Shown here in pieces: positions 13,758-24,456 of a stretch of DNA of 64,000 nt. The notes below the pieces were generated by a model. The model had not been told where the DNA came from. It saw nothing but the letters and a program-made list of their open reading frames with translations, and searched no databases. The position numbers were made by a program, and so were the translations under genes. Positions within the stretch are counted from its first letter, which is position 1. The number at the start of each line of letters is the position of its first letter. The stretch comes from an uncultured Bacteroidales bacterium (GTDB lineage Bacteria; Bacteroidota; Bacteroidia; Bacteroidales; FEN-979). The stretch is taken from positions 591-64,590 of the forward strand of contig CAIWTA010000120.1 in the NCBI GenBank assembly GCA_903915465.1, read 5' to 3'.

Positions 13758-15499
13758 TCTCCAAATTTGATGTCTTTCACATTCAGTTGCAAGCTGACGG
13801 ACCCGTTCCATTCGTTTTCCTCAACATGGTAGCAGATATTGAAAGGAATTCCCTTTTCGATTTTCGATAACAGTTCCCCTTGCTGAAAAGCAATGGCAGA
13901 AAATGGTCCACCGGAAATTTCCGGATGAACCACAAAAAGTTTCAAATGATTTTTCCCCACAATCCTTGAGCCGCCGGCATCAATAATGCCATCTGTTTTG
14001 AACAATGGTGATAAATTTCCTGGACCAAACGGTGCAAATTGTCTCAGGACACTATAAAACCTTGAATGAATGGCATTGAGTGGAAGTTCAGCATCGATTT
14101 CAATTTCTGGGACCAGGTCTCTGCCTTCCAGTTTTTCGATGACAACACTTTCAAATCGGTCAATAAAAGCAATAAGATTTTCTGGTTTCAGGGATAAACC
14201 TGCGGCATATTTATGCCCTCCAAAATGCTCCAGCAGATCACTGCATGAATCAATGGCATCATAAATGTCGAAATCTTTGATCGAACGTGCAGAACCTGTG
14301 ATAAGCTCGCCGGAAAGTGTTAGTACCACTGTTGGCCGGTAATAATGTTCGGTTAAGCGTGAAGCGACAATCCCGATCACACCTTTATGCCAATCAGGAT
14401 CATAAATAATTGTGCTTTTTGCTTTTTGCAGCCGCTCATCCATACTGATCATGTGAAGTGCCTGCTGCGTTGCGAATGTATCGAGTTCCTTACGTTCCGT
14501 ATTATTATCATTGATCTTTGTACCTAATTCCAGCGCTTCTTCACGTGTTTCACAGACCAGCAGCTTTACGGAATTACGCCCGCTTTCAATTCTTCCGGCA
14601 GCATTGATCCTTGGCCCGACAAGGAAAACGAGATCGCTTATGGTAAGTTCCTTTCCAAAGTATTTGGTTACGGTGCTCAAAAGGTTTTTCTGGACGTTGC
14701 TGTACTTTAGGATCGCTTCGAGCCCTGGTCGCGGCTGGCTATTGATCAGCTCCAGTCCGTAAAAAGCCAGGATCCGGTTCTCTCCTGTAATATCAACAAT
14801 GTCTGATGCAATACTCACAACCACCAGGTCGAGGTACAGTTTCAGATCCTCGAAAGGAAGATTTCTTCTTTTGTGGAAGGCCTGAATGAGTTTAAAACCA
14901 ATGCCACATCCCGACAATTCTTTATAAGGATAATTGCAGTCATGGCGTTTCGGGTCTAATACAGCAGATGCAGCAGGCAACTCACTTCCGGGCCGATGAT
15001 GATCGCAGATGATGAAATCAACCCCCTTGGCTGTAGCATATTCAATCTTTTCAACTGCTTTAATGCCACAATCAAGGGCAATAATCAACGAAAAGTTATT
15101 CTCGGCAGCAAAATCAATTCCCTTGAAAGAGATCCCATACCCTTCGGTATATCGATCAGGAATATAAAAATCAATTGGATTGTAAATCTTATGAAAGTAT
15201 GTGTAGACAAGTGCAACCGCAGTGGTTCCATCAACATCATAATCTCCGTAAACAAGAATTTTTTCATTCTTGAGAAAGGCCGTCTCAATCCTTTCCATGG
15301 CTTTTTCCATGTCTTTCATCAGGAAAGGATCAAAAAGATCTTCCAGCTTAGGGCGAAAGAACACGCGGGCATCTTCGAAGGTTGTGATCCCTCGCTGAAC
15401 AAGCAGACTGGCAAGGTTTTTGTCAATGTTAAGCGCCTGTGCGAGTCTCTCCACACAATTCTTCTCACCTTTTTCTTTAAGCACCCAGCGCTTTTCCAT
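13754..15499 (-). CDS. recJ: Single-stranded-DNA-specific exonuclease RecJ
   Basis: DHH motifs (GDYDVDGTTA, DCG, DHH) and a DHHA1 region (GGHKYAAG). Confidence 0.9.
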   Translation of the reverse strand: MEKRWVLKEKGEKNCVERLAQALNIDKNLASLLVQRGITTFEDARVFFRPKLEDLFDPFLMKDMEKAMERIETAFLKNEKILVYGDYDVDGTTAVALVYTYFHKIYNPIDFYIPDRYTEGYGISFKGIDFAAENNFSLIIALDCGIKAVEKIEYATAKGVDFIICDHHRPGSELPAASAVLDPKRHDCNYPYKELSGCGIGFKLIQAFHKRRNLPFEDLKLYLDLVVVSIASDIVDITGENRILAFYGLELINSQPRPGLEAILKYSNVQKNLLSTVTKYFGKELTISDLVFLVGPRINAAGRIESGRNSVKLLVCETREEALELGTKINDNNTERKELDTFATQQALHMISMDERLQKAKSTIIYDPDWHKGVIGIVASRLTEHYYRPTVVLTLSGELITGSARSIKDFDIYDAIDSCSDLLEHFGGHKYAAGLSLKPENLIAFIDRFESVVIEKLEGRDLVPEIEIDAELPLNAIHSRFYSVLRQFAPFGPGNLSPLFKTDGIIDAGGSRIVGKNHLKLFVVHPEISGGPFSAIAFQQGELLSKIEKGIPFNICYHVEENEWNGSVSLQLNVKDIKFGD

Positions 15500-15750
15500 A
15501 ATTCCTAAATCCTTTGTAAAAGTAAAAAAAATCCCTTTGCCTTATCAGATTTAAAAAATGATTTAAAAACAAGGATTACTGATTCTTGATTTGCGAGGTC
15601 CACATTGTCGCTTTGAATTGTTTTTCTGTGCAGTTTCAACACTATTTACGAAACAAGGAACCCATTCCTTAATCGCAGAAAATGGAAAAGGTAATATGAA
15701 AGCGGAAAAAAAAACAAATGCCAAATAACCCTTTTTACGAAAGGATCATC

Positions 15751-17148
15751 TTAGAATTCTGCATTCTTTGGTGTTCGTGGAAACGGAATCACATCACGGA
15801 TATTCGCCATTCCGGTCACAAATAGAATCAGCCTTTCAAATCCAAGGCCGAAACCGCTGTGTGGTGCTGTACCGAATTTGCGGGTTTCCAGGTACCACCA
15901 GATGTCTTTTTCAGGGATATTCAATTCACGGATTCTGCTTAAAAGACTGTCATAATTCTCTTCCCGTTGTGAGCCGCCGATAATTTCACCGATCTTCGGG
16001 AAAAGTACATCCATGGCACGGACAGTCTTGCCATCACTGTTTTGTTTCATGTAGAAGGCCTTGATTTCCTTCGGATAATCTGTCAGGATGACGGGTTTCC
16101 CGAAATGTTTTTCAACCAGATACCTTTCATGTTCCGATTGCAGATCCGTGCCCCAGTCTACCGGAAATTCCCATGTCTGGCCCGAAGACTTAAGAATGGT
16201 GATGGCTTCAGTATAAGTCAGCCGGATAAATTTATTTTCGACAATTTGCCTGAGACGGTCAATCAATTCATTATCATACATCTTGTTCAGGAATTCCAGG
16301 TCGTCCAAACAATTATCAAGCGCATATTTAACGAGATACTTCACAAAGTCCTCGGCCAGGTCCATGTTGTCATTGATATCAAAAAAGGCCATTTCCGGTT
16401 CGATCATCCAAAACTCAGCCAGGTGTCTTGGTGTATTTGAATTCTCTGCCCTGAAAGTAGGTCCAAAAGTATAAACCAGCGATAAAGCCAGGGCTGCGAG
16501 TTCAGCTTCCAACTGACCTGATACTGTAAGGTTGGTTTCCTTGCCAAAAAAATCTTCGGCAAAATCAACCGTTCCGTCTGGTTTTAGCGGCGGCTTGGAG
16601 GCGTCGAGTGTGGTCACTCGGAACATGGCTCCGGCACCTTCTGCATCCGAACCGGTAATAATTGGTGCATGAATATAGTAAAAACCGTTATCGTTGAAAT
16701 ATTGATGAACCGCAAATGCCATTGCATGGCGGATCCTCAGTACTGCGCCAAAAGTATTTGTCCGTGGCCGAAGATGGGCAATTTCACGCAAAAATTCCAG
16801 TGAATGGCCTTTTTTCTGCAACGGGTAAGTTTCAGGTTCAGCAGATCCATAAACATGAATCTCTTTTGCCTGCAACTCCACAGGCTGCCCAGCTGCAGGA
16901 GATTCCACAAGGATGCCTTTCACCATGATGCAGGCGCCGGTATTAACCAGTTTCAGTGTTTCCTCAGGAAAATTGGCAACTTCTGCGACTACCTGGATAT
17001 TATGTATAATAGATCCATCATTGAGTGCAATGAAATTTATATTCTTATTCCCACGGCGGGTTCTCACCCATCCCTTCACCATAAATTCTTTTCCGGTCTC
17101 TTTAGATTTGAGCAATTCCCGAACTTTTATCTGTTGCATTGTTCCCAT
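15751..17148 (-). CDS. asnS: Asparagine--tRNA ligase
   Basis: OB-fold N-terminus [21 protein letters not shown] and class II motifs ([13 protein letters not shown]). Confidence 0.95.
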   Translation of the reverse strand: MGTMQQIKVRELLKSKETGKEFMVKGWVRTRRGNKNINFIALNDGSIIHNIQVVAEVANFPEETLKLVNTGACIMVKGILVESPAAGQPVELQAKEIHVYGSAEPETYPLQKKGHSLEFLREIAHLRPRTNTFGAVLRIRHAMAFAVHQYFNDNGFYYIHAPIITGSDAEGAGAMFRVTTLDASKPPLKPDGTVDFAEDFFGKETNLTVSGQLEAELAALALSLVYTFGPTFRAENSNTPRHLAEFWMIEPEMAFFDINDNMDLAEDFVKYLVKYALDNCLDDLEFLNKMYDNELIDRLRQIVENKFIRLTYTEAITILKSSGQTWEFPVDWGTDLQSEHERYLVEKHFGKPVILTDYPKEIKAFYMKQNSDGKTVRAMDVLFPKIGEIIGGSQREENYDSLLSRIRELNIPEKDIWWYLETRKFGTAPHSGFGLGFERLILFVTGMANIRDVIPFPRTPKNAEF

Positions 17149-17322
17149 TTAAAATTGTTTATATAACCTGCAAAATTACTCGAATTGCTGATTTCTACCA
17201 ACAGGAAAATAATTCTATCTTTACACACGATAATCACATCAGTAAGAATATCATTTTCAGTACGCACAGCGTTTTTATCTGACATCCGATGAATTAAAAT
17301 CGGAAGCCTTGATCTGCATTTC

Positions 17323-18438
17323 ATGGGATCACCACTTGATATTATTCCTTTAGACCATTGGTTACCGTTGAATTCATCTCCGCTGATCGTGGCTGGTCCA
17401 TGTAGTGCTGAGTCGGAAGAACAGGTGCTTGATACGGCCCGTGAATTGGCGAAAATACCGCAGGTTACTGTGTTCCGTTCAGGCATCTGGAAACCACGTA
17501 CTCGTCCCAGCGGTTTCGAAGGAGTAGGAAATGCAGGGTTGGTATGGTTGCAGAAAGTCAGGCAGCAAACCCGGTTGCTTACTACTGTGGAGGTGGCGAA
17601 TCCCGATCATGTCAAGGTTGCTTTGAAATATGACGTTGATATTCTTTGGATCGGAGCACGGACTGTTGTGAATCCATTTTCTGTCCAGGAAATCAGTGAA
17701 GTTTTAAAAGGGGTTGACATTCCGGTAATGGTAAAAAACCCATTAAATCCAGATATCAAGATCTGGATCGGGGCACTGGAACGGCTGAACCATGTAGGTA
17801 TAAAGAAACTCATCGCAGTACACCGGGGTTTTTCATTTTTCAAACGTACACCTTACCGCAACTCTCCTATGTGGGAGATCCCTATCGAGCTGAAACAATG
17901 GTGTCCTGAATTGCCCATACTTGTTGACCCAAGCCACATCTGCGGAGAAACGGGATTGCTTCTGTCTGTTTCTCAGAAAGCCCTGGACCTGGAAATGAAT
18001 GGCCTGATGGTCGAATCACACATTCACCCTCATGAAGCACTGACAGATAAAGAACAGCAGATCACTCCGGAACATCTGAAAATACTGCTATCCCATCTTA
18101 TCATCCGAAAAAAATCCGGGACAATAGATTTCGAGAACAAACTCGAAGAACTTCGTTCAGAGATAGACAAACTCGATGAAGAATTGATTGATATTCTTGC
18201 GAGAAGAATGGACATTGCAGAAGAGATCGGGAAATATAAAAAGGAGAACAACATCACAATCCTGCAATTGAAGCGTTGGAGCCAGGTTATCCGGGAACGC
18301 GTGTTGGCCGGCGAAAAAATGGGTCTGTCCCGGGAATTTCTATTGAAGTTGCTGGAAGCCGTTCATGAGGAATCGATCCAGCGGCAGACAGAAGTTATGA
18401 ACCGCGAAAACAACGCTACATCCACTTCCTCTTCTTGA
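17323..18438 (+). CDS. Bifunctional 3-deoxy-7-phosphoheptulonate synthase / chorismate mutase type II
   Basis: IVAGPCSAESEEQ and DPSH (type I-beta DAHPS), plus a C-terminal LDEELIDILARRMDIAEEIGKYK chorismate mutase helix. Confidence 0.85.
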   Translation: MGSPLDIIPLDHWLPLNSSPLIVAGPCSAESEEQVLDTARELAKIPQVTVFRSGIWKPRTRPSGFEGVGNAGLVWLQKVRQQTRLLTTVEVANPDHVKVALKYDVDILWIGARTVVNPFSVQEISEVLKGVDIPVMVKNPLNPDIKIWIGALERLNHVGIKKLIAVHRGFSFFKRTPYRNSPMWEIPIELKQWCPELPILVDPSHICGETGLLLSVSQKALDLEMNGLMVESHIHPHEALTDKEQQITPEHLKILLSHLIIRKKSGTIDFENKLEELRSEIDKLDEELIDILARRMDIAEEIGKYKKENNITILQLKRWSQVIRERVLAGEKMGLSREFLLKLLEAVHEESIQRQTEVMNRENNATSTSSS

Positions 18439-19327
18439 AATAAATCACCATCGTTACAGCAATCAGTATCATTGCGGAGGAAAGGATCAGAAAGGATTCC
18501 GATTGATCCTGGCCAGGGAGTTTGATGTTCATGCCATACAGGCTGGCAATGAATGTAAGAGGTAACAATACCGAAGAGATGAGTGTAAGGATCTTCATCA
18601 CCTCATTGGTTTTGTTGACCTGCAGAGAATCAAATGTTTTTGAATATCCGCTTATCAGCTCACCATCATCTTCCACAATATCCCACACACGCTGGTAAAC
18701 ATCCATGATATTTCCCCAGTAATCCTCCATCTTTTCCGAAAAACCTTTGATTGACCCGCTTTGAAGCTGATTGAAAAGAACCAGTTGCGGCTTAAACATC
18801 GTGTTGAGGAGGATCACATTTTTCCTGGTGATGGAAATCTTTTCAATGATCTTTTCAGCATGCCGGCCAAAAAGCAATTTGCCACAATCATCAACATCTT
18901 TATTTACCCGGTCAACCAGTTTCTTCGTATCTTCCATTAAATGCTCCACGATGCGGTAAAAAAGATCATCACTGGTAACGACATCAAGATTCACTCTATC
19001 CTCTTTCCTGGTCTTTTCGGCATTAAACAAATCTTTCACCAGCCAATGAGATTTTCCAATTGTTATCAGAAAATCCTTTCCCCAGAAAATTTTAAACTCC
19101 TTCGTCTCCACAAATGTGTTTGTTTCATTAAAACATGGGAAATGAAGAATCAGAAATAGATAATCATCATAGATATCAACCTTGGGACGTAAGTTTTCCA
19201 AGGTCCGGCAATCTTCAATATCCAATGGATGGAAATTATAATGCGATTGCAATGCTTTAAGATCTTCTTCGGAAGGTCTTATCAGGTGCGACCAATGAAG
19301 ATTCCCGATTGTAACAGTTTCGATCAA
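18416..19327 (-). CDS. corA: CorA-family magnesium/cobalt transporter
   Basis: YGMN motif (LYGMNIKLPG) followed by the C-terminal TM pair. Confidence 0.85.
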   Translation of the reverse strand: MIETVTIGNLHWSHLIRPSEEDLKALQSHYNFHPLDIEDCRTLENLRPKVDIYDDYLFLILHFPCFNETNTFVETKEFKIFWGKDFLITIGKSHWLVKDLFNAEKTRKEDRVNLDVVTSDDLFYRIVEHLMEDTKKLVDRVNKDVDDCGKLLFGRHAEKIIEKISITRKNVILLNTMFKPQLVLFNQLQSGSIKGFSEKMEDYWGNIMDVYQRVWDIVEDDGELISGYSKTFDSLQVNKTNEVMKILTLISSVLLPLTFIASLYGMNIKLPGQDQSESFLILSSAMILIAVTMVIYFKKRKWM

Positions 19328-19345
19328 AGAAAGTAGTGTTAAGAA

Positions 19346-21742
19346 TTAGCGCATTATGATAAGTTTCTTTACTTCTGAAGTACCAAAAGATCCCTGCATT
19401 CTGTAGAAATAGATTCCGGAAGGGTAGTTTTCAGTAGAAAAATCAACTATTCCAGAATTATTATTAACCACAAACTTTTGGAGTGTGATTCCTCTGGAAT
19501 CCATGAGGTCAAGTTCTGCAGGTAAATTACCAGGAATCCGATATCTGACCTGAACGTTCACGGAGGCAGGATTCGGAAAAGGGCCGGAAAGATAAACCGG
19601 TGATTTCTTTATATCTTCCAATCCTACACCGGTCATATCAATAACAGAAACCGAGATATCATCGAAATAGTAACCATCGGCAGTGGATGAAGCATCGCTT
19701 CTCAGAGTAAACCGTATTTTGATATCCTTATTGGCATAACCATCTAAAACGACTTCTTCATTCACCCATGTTCTTTGTTTCCCGTCATATACTGGTTTCC
19801 CGTCATCTTCATTAGCTGAGCCGATCTTTGTATAACGTCCTTTTTGTGGAATGAAATGTATTCCATTGTCACTGGAAACCAGTACCTGCACATAATCAAA
19901 TCCTCTTTCAACGTCCCATTTACTCCAATAGTTGATAATTGCAACAGGAGAATCCTTGAGATCAATGTTATTCCAAGTTGTGACCGAAACATCCGTATTG
20001 TTGCTGTAGTTCCCGGTGGGAGAATCGGTGATGGAGCCTGTGGGTGTATAGAAGGAAGTGTTGGAAATATTCCATTTCGGGGAGGTCCATTTTGTAAACT
20101 GGTTGCAGCTGTCCTGGAAAACAACTAGTTTCGGTCCGAAGTATTTGGTTACTGTGTCTCTGAAAATATAGGGTCCGTTACTCAGTTTAAGGATGTATTT
20201 AAATTCACTTCCGGTCGTGACATTTGCGGATAGTGTGTAGGCGATAGAATCTGTATAGACCTGAAATTGCGCCGGATTCATGAAAAACTTTGGGGTTCCA
20301 ACGTGGGTGATCTGGTTTGTATCCATTGGAGCGATTGATACAGTATAATTGGCTGGCGATTCAATCCCGTAACGTTCAAATTCAAACTTGAAATATCCCT
20401 GCCGGTCAGAAACAATCGATTGTTGAATATCCTTAGTTTCCGCATATTTTAATGCAAGATGTGCCATCATGAGATTCTGGTACATATTTTCCTGGCAGAT
20501 AGGAATAATCCTGTCGGGAAAAGGCCAGAATCCATCGTTGTCGTTTCCGGTTTCCGGTGTATATCCAAAGAGCTTGGGTTTTGCAGTTTGTTCTCCGTAT
20601 AACCAATCGTTAATATCCCCGTTTGTAGTGTACAGCAGTTCTCCTGCAACCCCGGTAGAATACCGGTTTTGCCGTGTCATGATATCCGAAAAGTTCATGA
20701 ACAAAGCACTATCAGCCGTATATTGAATAACGTAACTCCAGGGAAAAAGAAACAGATTACCATACGTATGGTAATTCAAGGCCTCCCTAAAATGAATCTG
20801 ATTGCAGAAATCCCTGACAATCTGCGTTTCCGGTTCGGAGAATGCACTGGCACCACGGTAAGTTTCGTCGGCAGGATAAGGAGAAGATCCTATATCATCG
20901 TAACCCCAGCTGTATCCCCAGTTGCGGTTCAGGTCAACGCCATATTCGCCGCTTCCGTTATTCCTGCGGTTTTTCCGCCAAGCACCACCACCGATGGGGA
21001 AAGTCGAATGATTGTACTCGTACCCGTCAGGATTCATCACAGGTATGAAATACATTTCCAGGTTGTCAACAAGATATTTGACTTCGGGATCTGTTGCATA
21101 ATTTTCCAGCAGGTACCACATAAAAAAAATGAGTTGCTGCATTCCTGCCGGTTCACGGGCATGGGTAAGCGCATTATACAAAATCTTGGGTTCCGCTTCG
21201 GTCGTATTGGGGTTTTTGGAAATTTTCACATAGTAAATTAGCCTTCCTTCAATGGAAGTTTGGGAGGAAACTTCCATTTTGGCTGTTATCAGTGCAGGAT
21301 ATAACAACACCATGCTGTCAAGTTCATTCATCACCTCCTGTAAAGTGAAGAAACCACCCATTGATCCAAAATCAAAGTGATCCGGAACTTTATACCCACT
21401 GACTGAAGGATTATCTGGTTGTCGCGATTTATTATTCCTGACATCTTTATTCTTTTTGATCCACTCGGCATTCCGGGTTTCAATGTACTTTGAATAATCT
21501 TCCTTCAGGATATCTACATGGAATCCGGCATCGATGACTTTTTGCAGATCCTTTTCAGACAAAATAGTTTGCCAGTAACCCTCTTTATGGAACGCACCAT
21601 TATCAAAAGGTATACCAAGTTTTGCAAGATTAATCAGCTCTTCCCGCTGGGTATGGATCTTCACTTCAGAAAACATTGGTGTCTGGCAAAAGCCGTTGAG
21701 ATAAAAGGAGATCAGAAAGAGTAAGAGAATACTTTTTTTCAT
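19346..21742 (-). CDS. M14-family zinc carboxypeptidase with T9SS C-terminal sorting domain
   Basis: HAREPAG zinc-site motif. The signal peptide starts at MKKSILLLF. The C-terminal FPNPA...YFYRM...KLIIMR is a T9SS CTD. Confidence 0.8.
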   Translation of the reverse strand: MKKSILLLFLISFYLNGFCQTPMFSEVKIHTQREELINLAKLGIPFDNGAFHKEGYWQTILSEKDLQKVIDAGFHVDILKEDYSKYIETRNAEWIKKNKDVRNNKSRQPDNPSVSGYKVPDHFDFGSMGGFFTLQEVMNELDSMVLLYPALITAKMEVSSQTSIEGRLIYYVKISKNPNTTEAEPKILYNALTHAREPAGMQQLIFFMWYLLENYATDPEVKYLVDNLEMYFIPVMNPDGYEYNHSTFPIGGGAWRKNRRNNGSGEYGVDLNRNWGYSWGYDDIGSSPYPADETYRGASAFSEPETQIVRDFCNQIHFREALNYHTYGNLFLFPWSYVIQYTADSALFMNFSDIMTRQNRYSTGVAGELLYTTNGDINDWLYGEQTAKPKLFGYTPETGNDNDGFWPFPDRIIPICQENMYQNLMMAHLALKYAETKDIQQSIVSDRQGYFKFEFERYGIESPANYTVSIAPMDTNQITHVGTPKFFMNPAQFQVYTDSIAYTLSANVTTGSEFKYILKLSNGPYIFRDTVTKYFGPKLVVFQDSCNQFTKWTSPKWNISNTSFYTPTGSITDSPTGNYSNNTDVSVTTWNNIDLKDSPVAIINYWSKWDVERGFDYVQVLVSSDNGIHFIPQKGRYTKIGSANEDDGKPVYDGKQRTWVNEEVVLDGYANKDIKIRFTLRSDASSTADGYYFDDISVSVIDMTGVGLEDIKKSPVYLSGPFPNPASVNVQVRYRIPGNLPAELDLMDSRGITLQKFVVNNNSGIVDFSTENYPSGIYFYRMQGSFGTSEVKKLIIMR

Positions 21743-21900
21743 GTGTATATGGATTGAATAACAGGATTGGAAGGCTAACATTCAACAGAAGAACGAAAAG
21801 CTATCCTTTCTCATTGATAATCAGTATTAACGAAGGTTCAATCAGATATGTGGTTTGGAATAATACCCTGTTATACCGAGTGTGCAAAGTTCAGCAAAAT

Positions 21901-22503
21901 TTATTTGGCAGAAGGCATTTTTGCCATTTTTTTCCAGCGAAAAGTGCTGATCATTTTCTCAATATCCTTCTTCAGAAAATCGATCACCGGGGAAAGGGAA
22001 TCATTATTTGGTGCAAGGTTAAAATAGAGTGCGCCCCTCACGAAGTTGGAAACGCTGTCGGTCAGGTAAAACTGGCAAACTGAGGCTGCGTCAGAGCCCC
22101 TGATGTCGTAAACCAATCCATAGACTTTTTCACTTTCATTGATGAACTCCCGCTGATTGATCGAATTCGCTTTTGGAATATGTTTATTTACGAGTGTCCG
22201 AGCGTCTTCCAGGAAAACATTCAAGTTGTTTTTTATTGGTTTATAGCTGATATGCAACTGAGCATGAAATGGAAGGTACAGAATGTTGATCCAGTAAGGT
22301 TCTGCAAGTTTGGATGGATCCGGTAAGATTTTTCCGTAAACCGGATACATAAAAGTATATGGGAAATTTGTATCAAGTGAACGGTATTCTTTGGCAGGAA
22401 AATCAATCCTGTAATAACCCTGTGGTTTAGGGACATAGTTACTCTGACAGGAGATTACGATAAAAACCAGTATCGCTAAAGTTACAATAGGGAAAAGCTT
22501 CAT
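21901..22503 (-). CDS. gldD: Gliding motility lipoprotein GldD
   Basis: Lipobox VISC, and PKPQGYYRIDFP...YTFMYPVYG... is typical of GldD. Start chosen at MKLFPIV. Confidence 0.7.
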   Translation of the reverse strand: MKLFPIVTLAILVFIVISCQSNYVPKPQGYYRIDFPAKEYRSLDTNFPYTFMYPVYGKILPDPSKLAEPYWINILYLPFHAQLHISYKPIKNNLNVFLEDARTLVNKHIPKANSINQREFINESEKVYGLVYDIRGSDAASVCQFYLTDSVSNFVRGALYFNLAPNNDSLSPVIDFLKKDIEKMISTFRWKKMAKMPSAK

Positions 22504-22581
22504 TGCTACATGCAAATGATTAATCGCTGACAGATTGGCGAGTTGCTGAGTAATTGACTCACCAACTCGCCAGATCGCCAA

Positions 22582-23016
22582 CTAAAACGGAAGGTCATCC
22601 TCCGGCTGGGATACTTCACCGTTACTTTCGGTTGTTTCAGGCTTGGTTGAAGCAGCATATTCTTCTCCGCCTCCTTCGCGGCGAGGACCGCCAAGCATGG
22701 TCAGATTATCTCCCTGAATGTCGGTTATATAACGCTTCACACCGTCCTTGTCTTCATAATCGCGTTTCCTGATTTTTCCTTCAATATAAACCGAATTACC
22801 TTTTTTCAGGTAGTTTTCAGCAACTTCAGCCAGTCCGCGCCAAAGTACGATGTTGTGCCATTCAGTATGATCGACCTTTTGACCTTCTTTGTTTTTATAA
22901 GTTTCTGTAGTAGCAAGTGAAAATGTTGCTTTCTTCACACCACTTTCTAAACGCTGAATTTCGGGATCCTTTCCCAGATTTCCAATCAAAATTACTTTGT
23001 TAATTCCATTTGCCAT
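22582..23016 (-). CDS. ssb: Single-stranded DNA-binding protein
   Basis: MANGINKVILIGNLGKDPE OB fold, a Gly/Glu-rich tail, and the terminal DDLPF. Confidence 0.95.
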   Translation of the reverse strand: MANGINKVILIGNLGKDPEIQRLESGVKKATFSLATTETYKNKEGQKVDHTEWHNIVLWRGLAEVAENYLKKGNSVYIEGKIRKRDYEDKDGVKRYITDIQGDNLTMLGGPRREGGGEEYAASTKPETTESNGEVSQPEDDLPF

Positions 23017-23141
23017 AATGCTTCAGATTTGTTTAATACTCCGTGAACAAAAGTACAAAATAATGACCGGCCGGTTAATTATTTTCCCCTTAATCGGTTT
23101 AAAACAAAAAGGTAGTACAATTGTATTCGGGTTTTTTATTC

Positions 23142-23179
23142 GCCCCACCCCTTAGTCCCCTCCCCCAAGGGGGTGGGGC
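23142..23179. repeat. G/C-rich hairpin gccccacccc...ggggtggggc (related to 8961-8984); probable terminator of the transporter operon
   Basis: 10-bp stem containing cccctcccccaaggggg, located 6 nt beyond the stop of the gene ending at 23185. Confidence 0.55.
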
Positions 23180-23184
23180 CAAGA

Positions 23185-24438
23185 TTACAGCGCTCTCACC
23201 AATGGCAGCAGCAGCAAGGTCATGGAAAGCGCAACAAGGATCGCTACAGCAGCCCAGCCAATGATATTCTGAATGGGCTTGTTCACATATTTCCCCATGA
23301 TCTTTTTATTGTTCACCAGCAGGATCATGCAAATCAGAACAACGGGAAGCAGGATGCCGTTGATGATCTGCGACCAGAGTGATATCGCTATCAACGGAGC
23401 GTTGGGGATCAATATTATAATGGCCCCAAATACGATAATCCCGGTATAAAGAATATAAAATTCAGGCGCTTCTTTCCATTTTTTATCAATTCCGGCTTCA
23501 AAACCAAAAGCTTCGCACACGTAGAAAGCCGTAGCTAACGGGAGAATTGTAGCAGAGAAGATGGAGGCAATAAAAAGTCCGAATGAAAATGCCTGGGAAG
23601 AGAGTGCACCTGCCAAGGGTTTTAAAGCCATTGCAGCATCTTTCGCTTCGTTGATCACCACGTTATTGACATGTAATGTTGATGCACAGGCAACCATGAT
23701 AAAGAAGGCAACAACAACAGTTGCCAGGCATCCGATTATGATATCGAGCAGAATAAACTTATACTGTCTTATTTTTAATCCTTTTTCGATCACGGAAGAC
23801 TGCATATAAAACTGCATCCAGGGAGCTATTGTAGTTCCAATGATCCCGATGACCATCTCCAGCGATCTTACATTTACATCCATTTGCGGGTGGGTGATTG
23901 ACTTCCCGATCTCCGGCCAATTTGGCTTACCCATTAAAGCAGAAATGACGTACATCAGCAGGGAAACACTGAAAATAAGAAATATCCTTTCGGCTATTTT
24001 ATAATTTCCTTTCACTACCAGGATCCAAATCATAAATGCCACAATGGGTACAGAAATGTATTTGCTGACCCCAAAAACCTCCATACTTCCGGCAACCCCG
24101 GCAAATTCAGTGGTAGTGTTCCCAATATCAGCGACAAGCAACCCGATAAAAATAAAGAAAGTGATTTTGACTCCTGCATTTTCCCGGATGAGATCAGCTA
24201 ATCCTTTTCCGGTGACAATACCCATCCGGGCATTCATTTCCTGGATGACAAGGAGCACAATAAATGAAGGAATCAGTGTCCAGATAAGTTTATAGCCATA
24301 AATTGCTCCTGCCACAGAATAGGTAGTGATTCCACCGGCATCATTATCGACACTCCCGGTAATTATCCCCGGACCCAGGATTGCAAGAAATAAAACGATG
24401 TTTCGCCAGATTGATCGTCTTCTCATTCTGTATGCCAT
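23185..24438 (-). CDS. Nramp (SLC11)-related divalent cation transporter, NRMT-like site variant
   Basis: GPGIITGSVDNDAGGITTYS (DAGG in place of DPGN) and GTTIAPWMQFY (T..AP in place of A..MPH), with about 11 TM helices. Confidence 0.8.
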   Translation of the reverse strand: MAYRMRRRSIWRNIVLFLAILGPGIITGSVDNDAGGITTYSVAGAIYGYKLIWTLIPSFIVLLVIQEMNARMGIVTGKGLADLIRENAGVKITFFIFIGLLVADIGNTTTEFAGVAGSMEVFGVSKYISVPIVAFMIWILVVKGNYKIAERIFLIFSVSLLMYVISALMGKPNWPEIGKSITHPQMDVNVRSLEMVIGIIGTTIAPWMQFYMQSSVIEKGLKIRQYKFILLDIIIGCLATVVVAFFIMVACASTLHVNNVVINEAKDAAMALKPLAGALSSQAFSFGLFIASIFSATILPLATAFYVCEAFGFEAGIDKKWKEAPEFYILYTGIIVFGAIIILIPNAPLIAISLWSQIINGILLPVVLICMILLVNNKKIMGKYVNKPIQNIIGWAAVAILVALSMTLLLLPLVRAL

Positions 24439-24456
24439 GATCAGGTTATCAGTAAA

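Noticed and set aside
15751-15772. gaattctgcattct at the asnS 3' end resembles the dispersed 19-mer
   Set aside because: It is one base shorter and lies within coding sequence, encoding the conserved AsnRS C-terminus ...KNAEF. I treated it as coincidence.
16042-17166. Several 60-130-aa plus-strand ORFs inside asnS. Similar antisense ORFs lie inside recJ, the M14 peptidase gene, the Nramp-related gene, rng and the O-antigen ligase gene.
   Set aside because: They are embedded antisense or out of frame in genes with unambiguous family motifs. These are typical shadow ORFs.
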